64,000 nucleotides of DNA from Candidatus Latescibacterota bacterium. Its GTDB lineage: Bacteria; Latescibacterota; UBA2968; UBA8231. The notes beneath the pieces were generated by a model. The model made no database searches. It worked only from the letters and a program-made list of their open reading frames with translations, and was not told the DNA's origin. Within the stretch, counting starts at the first letter, position 1. The number at the start of each line of letters is the position of its first letter. Where the stretch lies: the NCBI GenBank assembly GCA_965248265.1, contig CBDFJF010000002.1, positions 416,001 through 480,000 of the forward strand, read 5' to 3'. The position numbers and the translations under genes were made by a program. Below, piece after piece: positions 28,496-41,275 of the stretch.

Positions 28496-30346
28496 TTACT
28501 GGTCTCTGACTACGGCGAGCCGTTTCGTGGCGCGGTTTCCGTCTGCTTCGAGCACGTAGTAGTAGATGCCCGAACCAACCAGATCGCCACGCTGATTGCG
28601 CCCATCCCAGCTCACATCCTCGTACACCCCCGAAGAACGGCGATCCAGGTCGATGACGCGGACGAGCTGGCCGTCGAGCGAGAGGATGGACAGACGGGTG
28701 ATGAAACTGGGCGTGTTGAGGTCGAAGGGTAGCCAGGTTACGGAGTCGAGCCCGAGACGGAAGGGATTCGGGATGTTTTGCTTGAGTGAAAGCGCCACCG
28801 GCACTTCACGCTCCGACAGCTGACGGTCGTAGTCCGCCGTGATCTCATAGTCAAAACCCAAGCCGATGAAATCAGTGTTCGTCAACACGGTGACGATTTC
28901 GTCATAGGCGTCCCAGTCGAGCACTTCAGCTGGATCGCGGGCATCGAGGCTGCGCACGATCTCGACTGTATCCCTGCTCACGAGGGCAATCCTTCGCTGC
29001 CAACTGGGGCGTTGGCCCAACTCGTTCTCGATGAACACGCCGCCAGGCCGCAGGTTGGGCTCGATTCTGAAGTAGGCCGAGGTGAGGTGGTCGATGCTTC
29101 CGCTGTCGACGATCGTGGACTCGACCGCCGTACCTGTCGGTCCCACTGAGATCTCCGGCCACATGTTCCCCTCGTCGTAGAACTGCTCACGGTGGCGGAT
29201 GCCGGTGAAGTAATTCCACACCCCGAACTCCCCGACGGCGTCCGCCAGGCCTCCATTGTTGAGCGGGCGCAGAACGCGGTCGATGTTCGACAGGTCTGCA
29301 TTCGCCCACGTGGCGTGCTCTTCCCAAATCTGGCGAATGACATCCCGGCCGTAACGCTGATCGAGGAAGTGAGGAAACGCAGAGGCGCCGTAGATGTGGT
29401 TGTCCCTGCCCAGCGCCCGGCCACTGTCGAGCGAGCGGCTGTTTTCATGTAGGAAGGCACACAGGTAAATCAAATAGTCGTTGACTTCGGGGTAGGCGAC
29501 TTCCTCGATCCAGGTGGCAGTGGCTTCCTGCCACCAGGCTTCCTGTGGCTGGGGCTGGTAATAAGCGAAGTGGACGGCGTGGTAGAACTCGTGCGCCGCC
29601 GTCACCCGCAGGGCGTCGAGGCCCCGCGCCCCTCGAGCGCCATTACAACCGCTCGGCGTGCCGTAGCCCGAGTCGGTGTAGTCGTTGTCGATTTGTATGA
29701 AACTGGCCGTCGTCGTTGCACCGGGCGAGAGCGCAGTCGTGGTACCGTAAAAGTTGCTACCAGCTCCCCCGTATTCAATCACGTAGACGTCGTACTCGTC
29801 GCCGCCACCGGCGCCACTGTCCGAGGGTGGGACCCGGTAACCAAGCTCATCTACCTCAAGTCTCCAGGAGCTGTCCAGGGCGGCGGCGGCGTGGTCGATG
29901 TAATCGGGGATGCCGTTGCCGTCCTCGTCTGTCGAATCGACGGCATCGCCCCCGCTGAGTTCATAGTGAATGCGGAAATGTCCGGAGGGAGACAGCGTGG
30001 ACTCTTGGAGAATCGGGCGCTGCAGCGTCTTGAAGAGTTGCTGGCCGTACTCCGCGCTCGATTCATCAATGGCAGCCAGTGCATCGCTCACGACCGGCGT
30101 GCCGCAGGCAGCGATGCCACCGGAGGAGCCGCGGAACTTCGCTGGCACGGCAGTTGGGTTGACGGCTTCGTAGACCCGGTAGAGCCGCGTGGTCTCGAGA
30201 TCGATCGCCCCTGATTCGTATGCTTGCTCGATCAGGGGGCCAGCGGAGAGTCGTGCGACGGAGCATGCAAGAATGCAAACCAGTGCCAGTGCCTTTGACA
30301 GATTCAGCATGCGGTGATCGTTATTGGTATCAACCGGCGGCTCCAT
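28496..30346 (-). CDS. Secreted zinc metalloprotease (MXAN_6640-like) with FlgD-Ig C-terminal domain
   Basis: Signal peptide, HFRIHY, D.DGNGIPDY, TAAHEFYH, EATATW; tail PNPF..WDGRN..GSGIYYY. Confidence 0.82.
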   Translation of the reverse strand: MEPPVDTNNDHRMLNLSKALALVCILACSVARLSAGPLIEQAYESGAIDLETTRLYRVYEAVNPTAVPAKFRGSSGGIAACGTPVVSDALAAIDESSAEYGQQLFKTLQRPILQESTLSPSGHFRIHYELSGGDAVDSTDEDGNGIPDYIDHAAAALDSSWRLEVDELGYRVPPSDSGAGGGDEYDVYVIEYGGAGSNFYGTTTALSPGATTTASFIQIDNDYTDSGYGTPSGCNGARGARGLDALRVTAAHEFYHAVHFAYYQPQPQEAWWQEATATWIEEVAYPEVNDYLIYLCAFLHENSRSLDSGRALGRDNHIYGASAFPHFLDQRYGRDVIRQIWEEHATWANADLSNIDRVLRPLNNGGLADAVGEFGVWNYFTGIRHREQFYDEGNMWPEISVGPTGTAVESTIVDSGSIDHLTSAYFRIEPNLRPGGVFIENELGQRPSWQRRIALVSRDTVEIVRSLDARDPAEVLDWDAYDEIVTVLTNTDFIGLGFDYEITADYDRQLSEREVPVALSLKQNIPNPFRLGLDSVTWLPFDLNTPSFITRLSILSLDGQLVRVIDLDRRSSGVYEDVSWDGRNQRGDLVGSGIYYYVLEADGNRATKRLAVVRDQ

Positions 30347-32418
30347 CAGCGGATAATGGCGATCTTGTCTTGGCGCAGAAGATCTCCAGTAAAACTTCGA
30401 ATGGTGTAGACGTAGACACCGGACCCAACCAGGGAGCCGTCGTCATTCACCCCGGTCCAGCGAACTTCGTTTATCTGGTCGAGGGGGCTCTCCCGTTCCA
30501 AGCCACTCCAGATCGACTCTCCATTGAGCGTGGAGATAGTGATTTTGGCGGATGACAGGGCGGTACCACTGAACGCCAGGAATGGGTCAACGCCGATCTG
30601 GTACGGGTTCGGGAACACAGCGATCCGGTTCTGAGGCACGATTCTCAGATCGATGAACGAACGGTTGTCTTCTTCGCTGGCTTCAACAAGCTGGTCGTCG
30701 GGATCGACGTGGACGAGAAGGATTGCCTCGCCGATGCGATCCCATTCCACCGTGATGTCTTCGACGCCACCGGCCAGCAATGGTCCCGGGCGCTCGGCGT
30801 CGAAGAAGACGGCGCATCCGGTGGTATCCGGGTCGCAGTGTGCTACCTGAACCCGGTAGGATGTATCCAAGTCCACCGGCCCGATGTTGCTGACGCGGAT
30901 CGTCAGGTCGTCATCGCCATCGCCGCGGCCATCGCCGGAGAACACGGCCAGGTTCGGCAGCCCCTCTTCGTTACCGAACTGTGACAGTGTCGCTACCGTC
31001 AGACGGGTGACCCGGCCGACGAGTTCCCAATTGATGCTGTCGGCCACATCACTGACGCTGTGGTACTGTGAGTTGAGTCGATATATCCCTTCCCGCACGC
31101 CAACGCTGGTCGAATCGGTCGGTAGATAGTTCTCGATACCGAGAATGGCGTCGTAACCACGAGCCCAGAACGGGGCGTGGTCGCTGAGTCCGGCGAAGCG
31201 GTCATTGAGTACGTCAACCGTGAGGCCGACGTCGTACCGCTGGTTGGCGTCCTGCAACAGGCCGACGAGCCACGCAGAGGCAGGGTTGCTGACTAACTCT
31301 ATCCGATCGACGGTATCGTTGAAGCCGACCATGTCGAAGTTGAGCACGCCGAGGATTCGATGGTCCTCCTCCCGAGCGATTTCGGCGTAGTGCTGGCTAC
31401 CCCACAGCCCCAATTCCTCTCCCGACCAGGCGATGAAGCGGATGGACCAGGGAAAGGACTGCGTCGACAGCAGGCGAGCACTCTCCAATACCAGGGCCAC
31501 TCCCGAGGCGTTGTCATCAGCCCCGGGTGCCGGATCCTCACGCCAGTCCCAACCGCCGGGAGAGCGGGAGCCGATGGCGTCATAGTGAGCGCATATGACG
31601 TAGTAACCGGCCTCCGGATCGGTACCAGCATGCTCGCCGATGACGTTGTACAGTGGTATGGCGTCGCGCGCCGGTTGGAGGCCGGTGATTCGAGAGGTTG
31701 CCTGAAACGGATTGCCCGGGAATTCCTGAAGACTGACCGCATCGTCGCCGAGAGCGGTTGCAAGTTGAGCGCGTATGTATTCGGTCGATTCGAAGGTCTC
31801 GTCACGAAAGGCGAAGCGGGTTCTGATGTTGCCAGTCACCGAACCCAGCTGTGGGTCAACCAGGCTCAGACTCTCTACGTGGGCGCGAAGGCGCTCTTCG
31901 TCCACCTGGGCGATGAGATCGGCAACGGTCCCTGACTCGATCCGCTGCAGCGGCTTGGCCGACACCCCCGCGAGCAGACCGCTCGCGTCGTACTGCTGCG
32001 GCAGAGGCCAGAGAAAGTGATCGTGCTCCCAGACTTCACCGAAGCGATCGAGCGGAACCCGCAAGAGCGCCCAGCCAGACGGATCGTCGTACACAAGGCT
32101 GGCATGTTCGGAAATCGTCTCGTGGAGGTGATCGCACAGGAAATACTGCTCTCCGGCATCAGGAACATCGGTGAAAAAAGGCTCGATGCCGTGATTGAGG
32201 AGATGGGTCCGGGCTCGGTCTGTAGCGTCTATGAAGGCGATGCCGGGTGCAACATAGCGCAGCTGCACCGATGGATGTGCGAGGATCGCCAGATCCGCAT
32301 CCGTGCTGAATCGGATGGCGGCCAGCGACTGACCAGCGGATTCCGCAGCATCCAGGGGCGGTACAATGGTCGTGAGGGTCGCGAGGAAAATGGCGACAGA
32401 CAGCAGGATCAGTTTCAT
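30346..32418 (-). CDS. Secreted M28 peptidase with CARDB-like and FlgD-like C-terminal domains
   Basis: CAHYD, PGADDNASG, GEELGL, NFDM, SDHAPF and YHS; FPNPY..GSGVYVY tail; ATG at 32418. Confidence 0.88.
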   Translation of the reverse strand: MKLILLSVAIFLATLTTIVPPLDAAESAGQSLAAIRFSTDADLAILAHPSVQLRYVAPGIAFIDATDRARTHLLNHGIEPFFTDVPDAGEQYFLCDHLHETISEHASLVYDDPSGWALLRVPLDRFGEVWEHDHFLWPLPQQYDASGLLAGVSAKPLQRIESGTVADLIAQVDEERLRAHVESLSLVDPQLGSVTGNIRTRFAFRDETFESTEYIRAQLATALGDDAVSLQEFPGNPFQATSRITGLQPARDAIPLYNVIGEHAGTDPEAGYYVICAHYDAIGSRSPGGWDWREDPAPGADDNASGVALVLESARLLSTQSFPWSIRFIAWSGEELGLWGSQHYAEIAREEDHRILGVLNFDMVGFNDTVDRIELVSNPASAWLVGLLQDANQRYDVGLTVDVLNDRFAGLSDHAPFWARGYDAILGIENYLPTDSTSVGVREGIYRLNSQYHSVSDVADSINWELVGRVTRLTVATLSQFGNEEGLPNLAVFSGDGRGDGDDDLTIRVSNIGPVDLDTSYRVQVAHCDPDTTGCAVFFDAERPGPLLAGGVEDITVEWDRIGEAILLVHVDPDDQLVEASEEDNRSFIDLRIVPQNRIAVFPNPYQIGVDPFLAFSGTALSSAKITISTLNGESIWSGLERESPLDQINEVRWTGVNDDGSLVGSGVYVYTIRSFTGDLLRQDKIAIIR

Positions 32419-32440
32419 GACGCAACCAATATACCGTCTG

Positions 32441-34408
<1,968 letters not shown>

Positions 34409-34432
34409 GAAAACAGAATGTACGGCCCGGCG

Positions 34433-36031
34433 TCAGTCCTTGCCGGTGGCATCGGACACTTTGTGCACGAGGACCAGGTTGTCCATGTGGAAGCTCTCTG
34501 GATCGAGATGTGGATGAATAGAGACGTCGCCCTCTGCTCGCCAAAGCTGTCCGGCGAAGTAGTTCCAGATGTACAGGCTCTCAGCCTTATATTTGGGCAA
34601 TTTGTGACCGGAGTAGAAAGGATGGTAAGTGAGACGTCCATCGATGAAAGAGACCCCAGCGGCGCGGAAACCCGTGTTCTTGTGCGGAAGAAATTGAAGC
34701 TTCGATTCGCGGAGCCCGGGGTAATGGCTCTCGACTGCAGGGTTGAGAGACCATGTGTCTTCGAAAACCGAAACGGGACCGTGGTAGTTCGGTACGAGGC
34801 AAAGCACGATCGTGCGCTTTTTCAGTCCAGTTAGTTCCTGGTCAGGCACCAAGCCCATTACTTCGTTCTGCAACTGCCAGGATTTGTGCCAGTGGTACCC
34901 CTGAACAGCGGTCAATCCGCTTAGGATAATCAGAATCAACGCCGCCGCCGTCTTCGAGTAGTGGAGGAACCGGGGTTCGTGCTTCATCAACTGGAACCAC
35001 AGCAGAATGGTGAAAATGGATACACACATAGTGCTGCGGGACTCCAATCCGAACGGAAGTATTGAGTATCCTGCGCCCAAGTAGACGACTAAGGACAATA
35101 CAAGGCCGCCGAGAAATATCAGGATTTGCGCCTGACCATCATTGAGCTCGCCCGATCGCTGCCGTGAGCGCCTGATTGTCCGTAAGACGATCAGCGTGGC
35201 CACGGACACAATCGCGATCGGGATAAGGACGTCTACCAGAAAGCGCGAGTTCTGGATGACGGAGGTGATTCGAGTAAGGATGAAATCCAAGTCGAACGGC
35301 TTCCGTGGTCCTATTGTGGCCAAGCGGTTAAACGCGATTGCCGACACCTGGGCAAGGGAAAAGAGGGAGAGCCACAAGGTCCATCTCTTAACACTCAATT
35401 CTATAGCCGCATGCCATCTCAACAGAAGGGCGAACGGCACCAGGTACTGGAAGTAGAAACCCTCATGCGTTGCAAGGCTAAGGCAATAGCAAAGGAGAGC
35501 GGCCGTTGCGGACGGCCAGGCGAGGCGCGGATCCGTCACCAACAAAAGAAAGCTCAAAAGAAAAAAGACCATCACGGGCAGGTGAACGAGGAAAATCGGC
35601 CACGACATGAATCCAAAACTGGTTGGCAGCAGCCACCAAACGGCAACGAGCCACGCCAGCTGTCGATGGTCGAGTGGGTTCTCGATCCTGTTCAATCTTT
35701 CCAGGATCAACCACAACAAGCCACCCGTTATCAGGCTGATCACGGCAGAGACAGCATGCCAGAGAAAGGCGTGATCCTGCAACAGGAGGACATACACGAA
35801 TGCGACCAGACCGCTCACGGGTCTGTTCGAGAATGCCCGCATCTGGAAATCAAGCAATTGACTCGGTGACAGATCTCCTGAAACGGGTTGAAGAATCAGC
35901 AGGTAGTCATCGCTGTAAAAGCCTAACAGGAACGGCCGCCAAGCATAGGCGGCGAACCAAGCGGCCAGCAATATCCAGACGGTCTGCTGCGGTGGCAGGC
36001 AGGTCTTGAGGGATCGATCGGCTGGCAGCAT
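34433..36031 (-). CDS. Polytopic membrane protein, probable GT-C glycosyltransferase
   Basis: Many hydrophobic helices; GFYSDDY acidic pair after TM1, then RPV; soluble C-terminal domain. Confidence 0.6.
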   Translation of the reverse strand: MLPADRSLKTCLPPQQTVWILLAAWFAAYAWRPFLLGFYSDDYLLILQPVSGDLSPSQLLDFQMRAFSNRPVSGLVAFVYVLLLQDHAFLWHAVSAVISLITGGLLWLILERLNRIENPLDHRQLAWLVAVWWLLPTSFGFMSWPIFLVHLPVMVFFLLSFLLLVTDPRLAWPSATAALLCYCLSLATHEGFYFQYLVPFALLLRWHAAIELSVKRWTLWLSLFSLAQVSAIAFNRLATIGPRKPFDLDFILTRITSVIQNSRFLVDVLIPIAIVSVATLIVLRTIRRSRQRSGELNDGQAQILIFLGGLVLSLVVYLGAGYSILPFGLESRSTMCVSIFTILLWFQLMKHEPRFLHYSKTAAALILIILSGLTAVQGYHWHKSWQLQNEVMGLVPDQELTGLKKRTIVLCLVPNYHGPVSVFEDTWSLNPAVESHYPGLRESKLQFLPHKNTGFRAAGVSFIDGRLTYHPFYSGHKLPKYKAESLYIWNYFAGQLWRAEGDVSIHPHLDPESFHMDNLVLVHKVSDATGKD

Positions 36032-36034
36032 TCT

Positions 36035-37351
36035 TCAGGCCGGTGCCAGCGCTGACGCATTTCGGGCTATCTTCTCGAAGCCGTGTCGATACTGCTGGAT
36101 GAGTTCGTCAGCCGGTATACGAAAACCGGGCAGGGTGATGGTGTTGCGCGGGATGTCCGGGTTCTCGGTGACGGGCAGCGAGCCCGCGCCAGGGTAATTT
36201 ATGCGGTGGGCTGCCGGTCCGAGCGCCTCCCAGAGAAGCTCTCCGGTGCCGACGTCGTTTCCGGTGAACGCAGGGTGCAGGTGCAGGGCTCTGATGAGGT
36301 CGGTGCGCGGGATTCGGGAGTCCTTGCGAAGCGGCGAGGAGACCGAAATGCCTTCGGCAGCCAGAGCCTTGATCAAGGTTTCCTGGTCGATGCCGCTCAA
36401 GACATTGGGATCGAATCGGATCCAGCCACGCAGGTATTTCGATTCCACATAGTCGGGCACGTCAGGTACCGAAAACCCTTCGATCTGCTCGATGGCGTTG
36501 CCGAGCTTTTTGTAGCCGTCCTTCAGGCACTTCAACATGTCGTCCCAGTGGCCCATCTGCTTGAGTCCGACGACGGCGCACCAGGTCGCCATGCGGTACT
36601 TCTCGCCGAGGGCAAAGCCGGACATCTGTTGGTATTTCGGGTCGGGCAGCTCGTACAAACGCTCGTAATGGCCCAACGTGGCTCCCCGCTGGTAGTGTTC
36701 GTCGCTGTCGGTCAGGAACATGCCGCCATTTCCCGCCGAGGTCATCTTGCCGTCCTGGAAGGTAATTGCCGCCGCGTCACCGAGGGTGCCACACATTTCA
36801 CCACGGTAGAGGGTTCCCTGAGAGACACAGTTGTCCTCGACGACCTTGAGGCCGTGGCGATCGGCGACATCGTTGAGTGCGTCCATGTCGGCAGGCATGC
36901 CCTGCCAGTGGACGACGACGATCGCCCGGGTGCGGGAGGTGATGCGCCGCTCCACATCCTCAGGATCCAGCGTCAGGGTCTCGGCGTCGATGTCGGCGAA
37001 CACCGGCACGGCCCCGCAACCGATGATCGGCAAGCAGGCGAACGGGTGCACGGCGGACTGCACGATGACCTCGTCGCCAGGACGGACACCGACGGAGAAC
37101 ACGGCTGTCTTGATTGCTGACGTCCCTGAGTTGTGGTTGAGGGCATGCTTGACGCCCCAACGTTTGGCGATGACGAGTTCCAGATCGTACGCGGGATGAC
37201 CGGGCACGGGATAGCTGCCGTGGCGTCCTTCAGCGAAGTACTGCCGCAAGGCTTCGAGCTCCTCTTCGCCATAGCGCGGCCATTGGGTGTACGGCGTCTG
37301 GTCGATGGTGACTGCGGGGTTGCCTCCCAGCACCGCAGGTTTGTCCGTCAT
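36035..37351 (-). CDS. DegT/DnrJ/EryC1/StrS PLP aminotransferase
   Basis: NSGTSA, VPVFADID, VHWQG, EDNC and FQDGKMTSAGNGG. Confidence 0.88.
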   Translation of the reverse strand: MTDKPAVLGGNPAVTIDQTPYTQWPRYGEEELEALRQYFAEGRHGSYPVPGHPAYDLELVIAKRWGVKHALNHNSGTSAIKTAVFSVGVRPGDEVIVQSAVHPFACLPIIGCGAVPVFADIDAETLTLDPEDVERRITSRTRAIVVVHWQGMPADMDALNDVADRHGLKVVEDNCVSQGTLYRGEMCGTLGDAAAITFQDGKMTSAGNGGMFLTDSDEHYQRGATLGHYERLYELPDPKYQQMSGFALGEKYRMATWCAVVGLKQMGHWDDMLKCLKDGYKKLGNAIEQIEGFSVPDVPDYVESKYLRGWIRFDPNVLSGIDQETLIKALAAEGISVSSPLRKDSRIPRTDLIRALHLHPAFTGNDVGTGELLWEALGPAAHRINYPGAGSLPVTENPDIPRNTITLPGFRIPADELIQQYRHGFEKIARNASALAPA

Positions 37352-38067
37352 CTCGATCTTCCTTTCAGGCTGTGTCGAGGGGTGTGCGCGCGCGCCTGCT
37401 TGAACCCCAAAAAGATAGTGTGCCGGGCGCCGCCTTTCTTGAGGCGGGCGCGGACACGATCAACCCGGGCATCAAACCCATGGAAGCGGAGGCGATGCTC
37501 GAACTTGCGATCATCCCAGGCAGACCACACGGCAAGGGTCCCGCCAACTTTGAGTGCGGCATACGCCGCCGCGACGCCGCTGTTGTCGTACAGCCCTTGA
37601 TTGCCTGTCGCCGTGAACGCCGTCGGGCCGTTGTCTACGTCCAGCAACACAGCGTCGAAGTGGTCGGCGTTTGCTCGCATGGTGATACCCACGTCCTCCA
37701 CCTCGACTCGAACGCGCCGGTCTTTCAGCGGGCTCTCCGCCAACGGGGCCAATGGCCCGCGGTTCCATTCGACAATTTCAGGTACCAGCTCCGCTACCGT
37801 CACGCTCGCCTCTGACGGCAGCAGATTCAGCGTGGCACGCAAGGTGTACCCCATGCCCAGGCCGCCGATGAGCACGTGAGGAGGTTGCTCCAAGGTGGCC
37901 ACATGTTTGCATGCCAGCGAAGCCAGCGCCTCCTCAGACCCATGGGCACGGCTCGACATCAAGGTCTTGCCGTCCACGAGGATGACGAACTCGCCGTCTC
38001 GCGCCGTCAGGTGCATGTCGGTGCCGTCTGGAGTGCGTGTCTGGCCCAGCAGCTGCCATGGTTTCAT
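37348..38067 (-). CDS. Spermidine-synthase-like SAM-dependent methyltransferase
   Basis: LMSSR.HGSE, VLIGGLGMGYT, AELVP..WNR and LLDVDNGP; ATG at 38067. Confidence 0.85.
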   Translation of the reverse strand: MKPWQLLGQTRTPDGTDMHLTARDGEFVILVDGKTLMSSRAHGSEEALASLACKHVATLEQPPHVLIGGLGMGYTLRATLNLLPSEASVTVAELVPEIVEWNRGPLAPLAESPLKDRRVRVEVEDVGITMRANADHFDAVLLDVDNGPTAFTATGNQGLYDNSGVAAAYAALKVGGTLAVWSAWDDRKFEHRLRFHGFDARVDRVRARLKKGGARHTIFLGFKQARAHTPRHSLKGRSR

Positions 38068-38201
38068 TGGCGCAAGTCTCTCCGTGCTCCGGTTATTTTC
38101 AGCTTCTAAGAGTATCACGCACCGTCCAAGCACTGTCGAGCGGGTCGTGCGATGGCAGTTTCGTGAGGGCGGGGTTGCATTGGATGGTGGAATTAGCTGA
38201 A

Positions 38202-39351
38202 CTAGTGCTCTGTTAAAGAGTGGGCATTGAGTTTTGGACTTTGGCCAGCTTGGCGTTGTCGGTGTTCTTGTTTCGCCACCTCAGGTACTCCTGCATGCGC
38301 TGGCCGACTTCTCGATGATCGTTGGGATCGCTGTTTTTAATGACGAAATAATGGGCTGCGGTGAGGTGACATTCGAGCCGATTCATCCATGACGCGTTGG
38401 TGGCGGTGAAGACCGGCGAGACCCGGTTTCGTCGGCACCACTGCAGGATCGGCGGTGTCTTGTGCGTCGACAGATTATCCATGACGACATAGATCCGCTC
38501 CGCCGTGCGATAGCGGAGCCGAATGGCCTTGAGGAAATCGAGTACGACCGACGCATGTTTCTTGGGTTTGTGATGCATCCACAGGATGTCCTCATGGACG
38601 TTATAGGCTCCAAAGAAATAGCTGACGCCGCCGTGGCGGCTATAGGTTGCCCGATGCCGGACCGGGCGCTTGTGTGGGGCCCAGGAAGCACCGGCATGCG
38701 GCTTGATCTGGACTGGTCCCAGTTCGTCGAAACAGACTACGACCGTGTCTTTCGGCGCCCGCTTGTAGAGTCGGTTGATGCGTTTTTTTTAGAGACAAAC
38801 TCCGGGTCCTTTGATTCTTTCCAGGTGCGCGTCCGTTGATAGGTAACCTTATGTTGATCCAGGATTTTTCCGATGGTCACATGCGAAACCTCGGGAATCA
38901 TCTGCCGTCCCACCAGGCAGTCGGTCAGCTTGCGCAACGACCACTGGTTGAACGGCTGGCCGAATGCACGGGGGGGCATCGTGGCAATTTCCACCACCAC
39001 GGATTCGTCCTCCGGCGTCAACTTCGAAGGACGCCCCGGACGTGCCCGAGTGCGCAAAACCGTCAATCCCCCTTCGTTGTACTGGCGGATCAACTGGCGA
39101 ACGTACTCCTCATGCAGATGCAGTGTATCCGAGATCTCCTGGGCGCTGAACGAGATCAACTGCCCACGGCGCATCTGCACGGCGTTGCGAGGCCGTTTCA
39201 GCCACCGTCCCAGTTCCTTAGACTCCGCCGCGTTCGGCGAACGAGCATGGAGACACATAGCATCACCCTCCTGAAGGATTCACCATTATATGTATCCATG
39301 ATACCACGACTTACGACAAAGTACAAGCTCGATTTCTTAACAGAGCACTAG
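38202..39351 (-). mobile_element. IS630-family insertion sequence, copy 2 (inverted relative to copy 1)
   Basis: Same terminal repeats and CTAG ends; nearly identical sequence, 3 bp longer. Confidence 0.95.
38213..39258 (-). CDS. IS630 transposase (-1 frameshift)
   Basis: Identical HTH ORF; A8 run conserved; DDE portion differs by R to Q (ILRWC versus ILQWC). Confidence 0.9.
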
Positions 39352-39421
39352 GGAGGAATCAAGACTGAGCTCGAGAGACGGTTCAGAGCACCAAACCAAG
39401 TCCAGAGGCTGCGAGTTTTCT

Positions 39422-40285
39422 ATGAACTGGGAACAGTACTGCGCGAACGAAGAGCAGCTCCGGCAGTTCGATGAGGAAGGCTACCTGGTAGTCGAGGACG
39501 CCCTGTCGCCGGACATGGTGCAGCAGCTGACCAGCGTCGTAGACCGGATCGACGAGCAAGAGCGGGTTGAGAGGGGACTGAAGCCCGGCGAGATGATGGC
39601 GAAATTTCGTAGCGTCGTGGCGGATGATCTGTTTTTGGATTTACTCGACAATGAGAAAACCTTCCCGTTGTTGTGGGATATCCTGGGGTGGAACATCCAG
39701 CTCTACATCTCGCATCTGATCGTTTATCCACCTGAACTTGAGAATGCGGATCGCAGCCTCAAAGGCGTTCTGTGGCATCAGGATGGCGGCCGGCCGGTGG
39801 AGGAGATCGAGCGCCCCGCGCCCCGGCTGTCGCTGAAAATCAGCTACTGGCTCACCGACACGACGATCCCCGACTGCGGGGCGATGCGGATCTTGCCGGG
39901 GAGTCACCGGTTGGTGGATAAGCCGGCTCAACGTGATCCAACGGAGGATCCTGAGGGTGCGATTGAGATCAAGGTCAAACCCGGAACGGCCGTGTTGTTC
40001 GACCGCCGGTTGTGGCACTCGCGGGGGTACAACTACTCGAACCAGACCCGGAAGGTCCTCTTCTTCGGGTACAGCTACCGCTGGCTTCGTGGGTTGGATT
40101 ACAATGTCATGCCAGACGAGGTACTGGCAAAGTGCGATCCGATCCGGCGGCAGTTGCTGGGGGATGGAGTGGACATCAAAGGGTGGTGGCAGCCGACGGA
40201 AGAGGATGTGCCATTGAAGACGTGGATCCGGGAGCATCGGGGAGAAGAATTCCTCTACGACGTTTCGCAGCGCTACCAGGTATAA
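39422..40285 (+). CDS. PhyH-family dioxygenase
   Basis: FDEEGYL, WHQD, GAMRILPGSH and LWHSRG..R. Confidence 0.9.
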   Translation: MNWEQYCANEEQLRQFDEEGYLVVEDALSPDMVQQLTSVVDRIDEQERVERGLKPGEMMAKFRSVVADDLFLDLLDNEKTFPLLWDILGWNIQLYISHLIVYPPELENADRSLKGVLWHQDGGRPVEEIERPAPRLSLKISYWLTDTTIPDCGAMRILPGSHRLVDKPAQRDPTEDPEGAIEIKVKPGTAVLFDRRLWHSRGYNYSNQTRKVLFFGYSYRWLRGLDYNVMPDEVLAKCDPIRRQLLGDGVDIKGWWQPTEEDVPLKTWIREHRGEEFLYDVSQRYQV

Positions 40286-40294
40286 GCCGCGAAC

Positions 40295-41203
40295 ATGGTT
40301 GTCATTCCGGAGCGATTGAAAGAGTGTACACGCGGCTATTTCGGTGAAGATGCCGATGTTTGGCTGCAGCGGTTACCGCAACTGACGGCCGATGCAGTCG
40401 AGCGCTGGGAGCTGGAACTGGGCGATGTCTCTGAAACTGCCGGCACCGGATTGGTCTGCTTCGCAACGAGAGCGGGCAAAGACGTTGTCCTCAAGATCGC
40501 CTACCCGCACGGCGAGCATTTCACCGGGGTGGAGGCAATGCGTGTCTATGGGGGTCAGGCGTGTGTGTCGATGATCGATACCGCCGAGGAAGGCACGCAG
40601 GTGCTGATGGAGCGAATTCTGCCGGGGATGCACTTGTATGAGCTTGATAACGAGGATGAGGAAGTTTGTGCTGCCGCGGAGTTAATACGACGGCTGCAGT
40701 GCCCGGTTCCCGAACAGCACGAGCTGCCTCCTCACACCAGGTGGGTGGAGAATTCCCTGCGGCATATGGCGGCCAGCAAGGTCACGGATGAGTTGCTGCC
40801 GCCTGTACTCGTGAAGGCTCTCGAGCGCACCGTGGCTGATCTCGAGGCCCTGCGACGTCCCGTGGTCCTGCACGGTGACCTGCACCACGAGAACATTCTG
40901 CAGGATGCCACTGAGGGTTGGGTTGCCATCGACCCCAAGGGATTGACCGGAGATCCCGCTCTCGAGATCGGCCGCTACTGCGGCAATCAGCTGCACCGCG
41001 CCGAGGCGGCAGGCGGCTACGGGGTACTGACGGACCGAAGGATCGAGCTGTTCGCGCGAGAGCTGGGAGAGCCTCTCGAACGCATGCGCGCAGCGGCCGC
41101 TGTCGATCTCATCATGTGCATGGGGTGGGAGCTGGAGAACGAGGATTTCAACGTGGCAGACTTCGCCCGGAACCGGGATCGGGCACTGCATTTGGTTGGG
41201 TGA
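40295..41203 (+). CDS. APH(6)/hydroxyurea-kinase-like phosphotransferase
   Basis: VVLKI, LLMER-like LMERI, LHGDLHHENIL and AIDPKG. Confidence 0.85.
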   Translation: MVVIPERLKECTRGYFGEDADVWLQRLPQLTADAVERWELELGDVSETAGTGLVCFATRAGKDVVLKIAYPHGEHFTGVEAMRVYGGQACVSMIDTAEEGTQVLMERILPGMHLYELDNEDEEVCAAAELIRRLQCPVPEQHELPPHTRWVENSLRHMAASKVTDELLPPVLVKALERTVADLEALRRPVVLHGDLHHENILQDATEGWVAIDPKGLTGDPALEIGRYCGNQLHRAEAAGGYGVLTDRRIELFARELGEPLERMRAAAAVDLIMCMGWELENEDFNVADFARNRDRALHLVG

Positions 41204-41275
41204 TCGACGGGTTATAGCGATCGACGCAGACCTGCGCATCGACCAATAGATTTCATCAGACGAAAGGAAACGAAC

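Noticed and set aside
40295-41203. Bona fide streptomycin resistance gene
   Set aside because: Only family-level kinase motifs are visible, and it is embedded in a metabolic operon.
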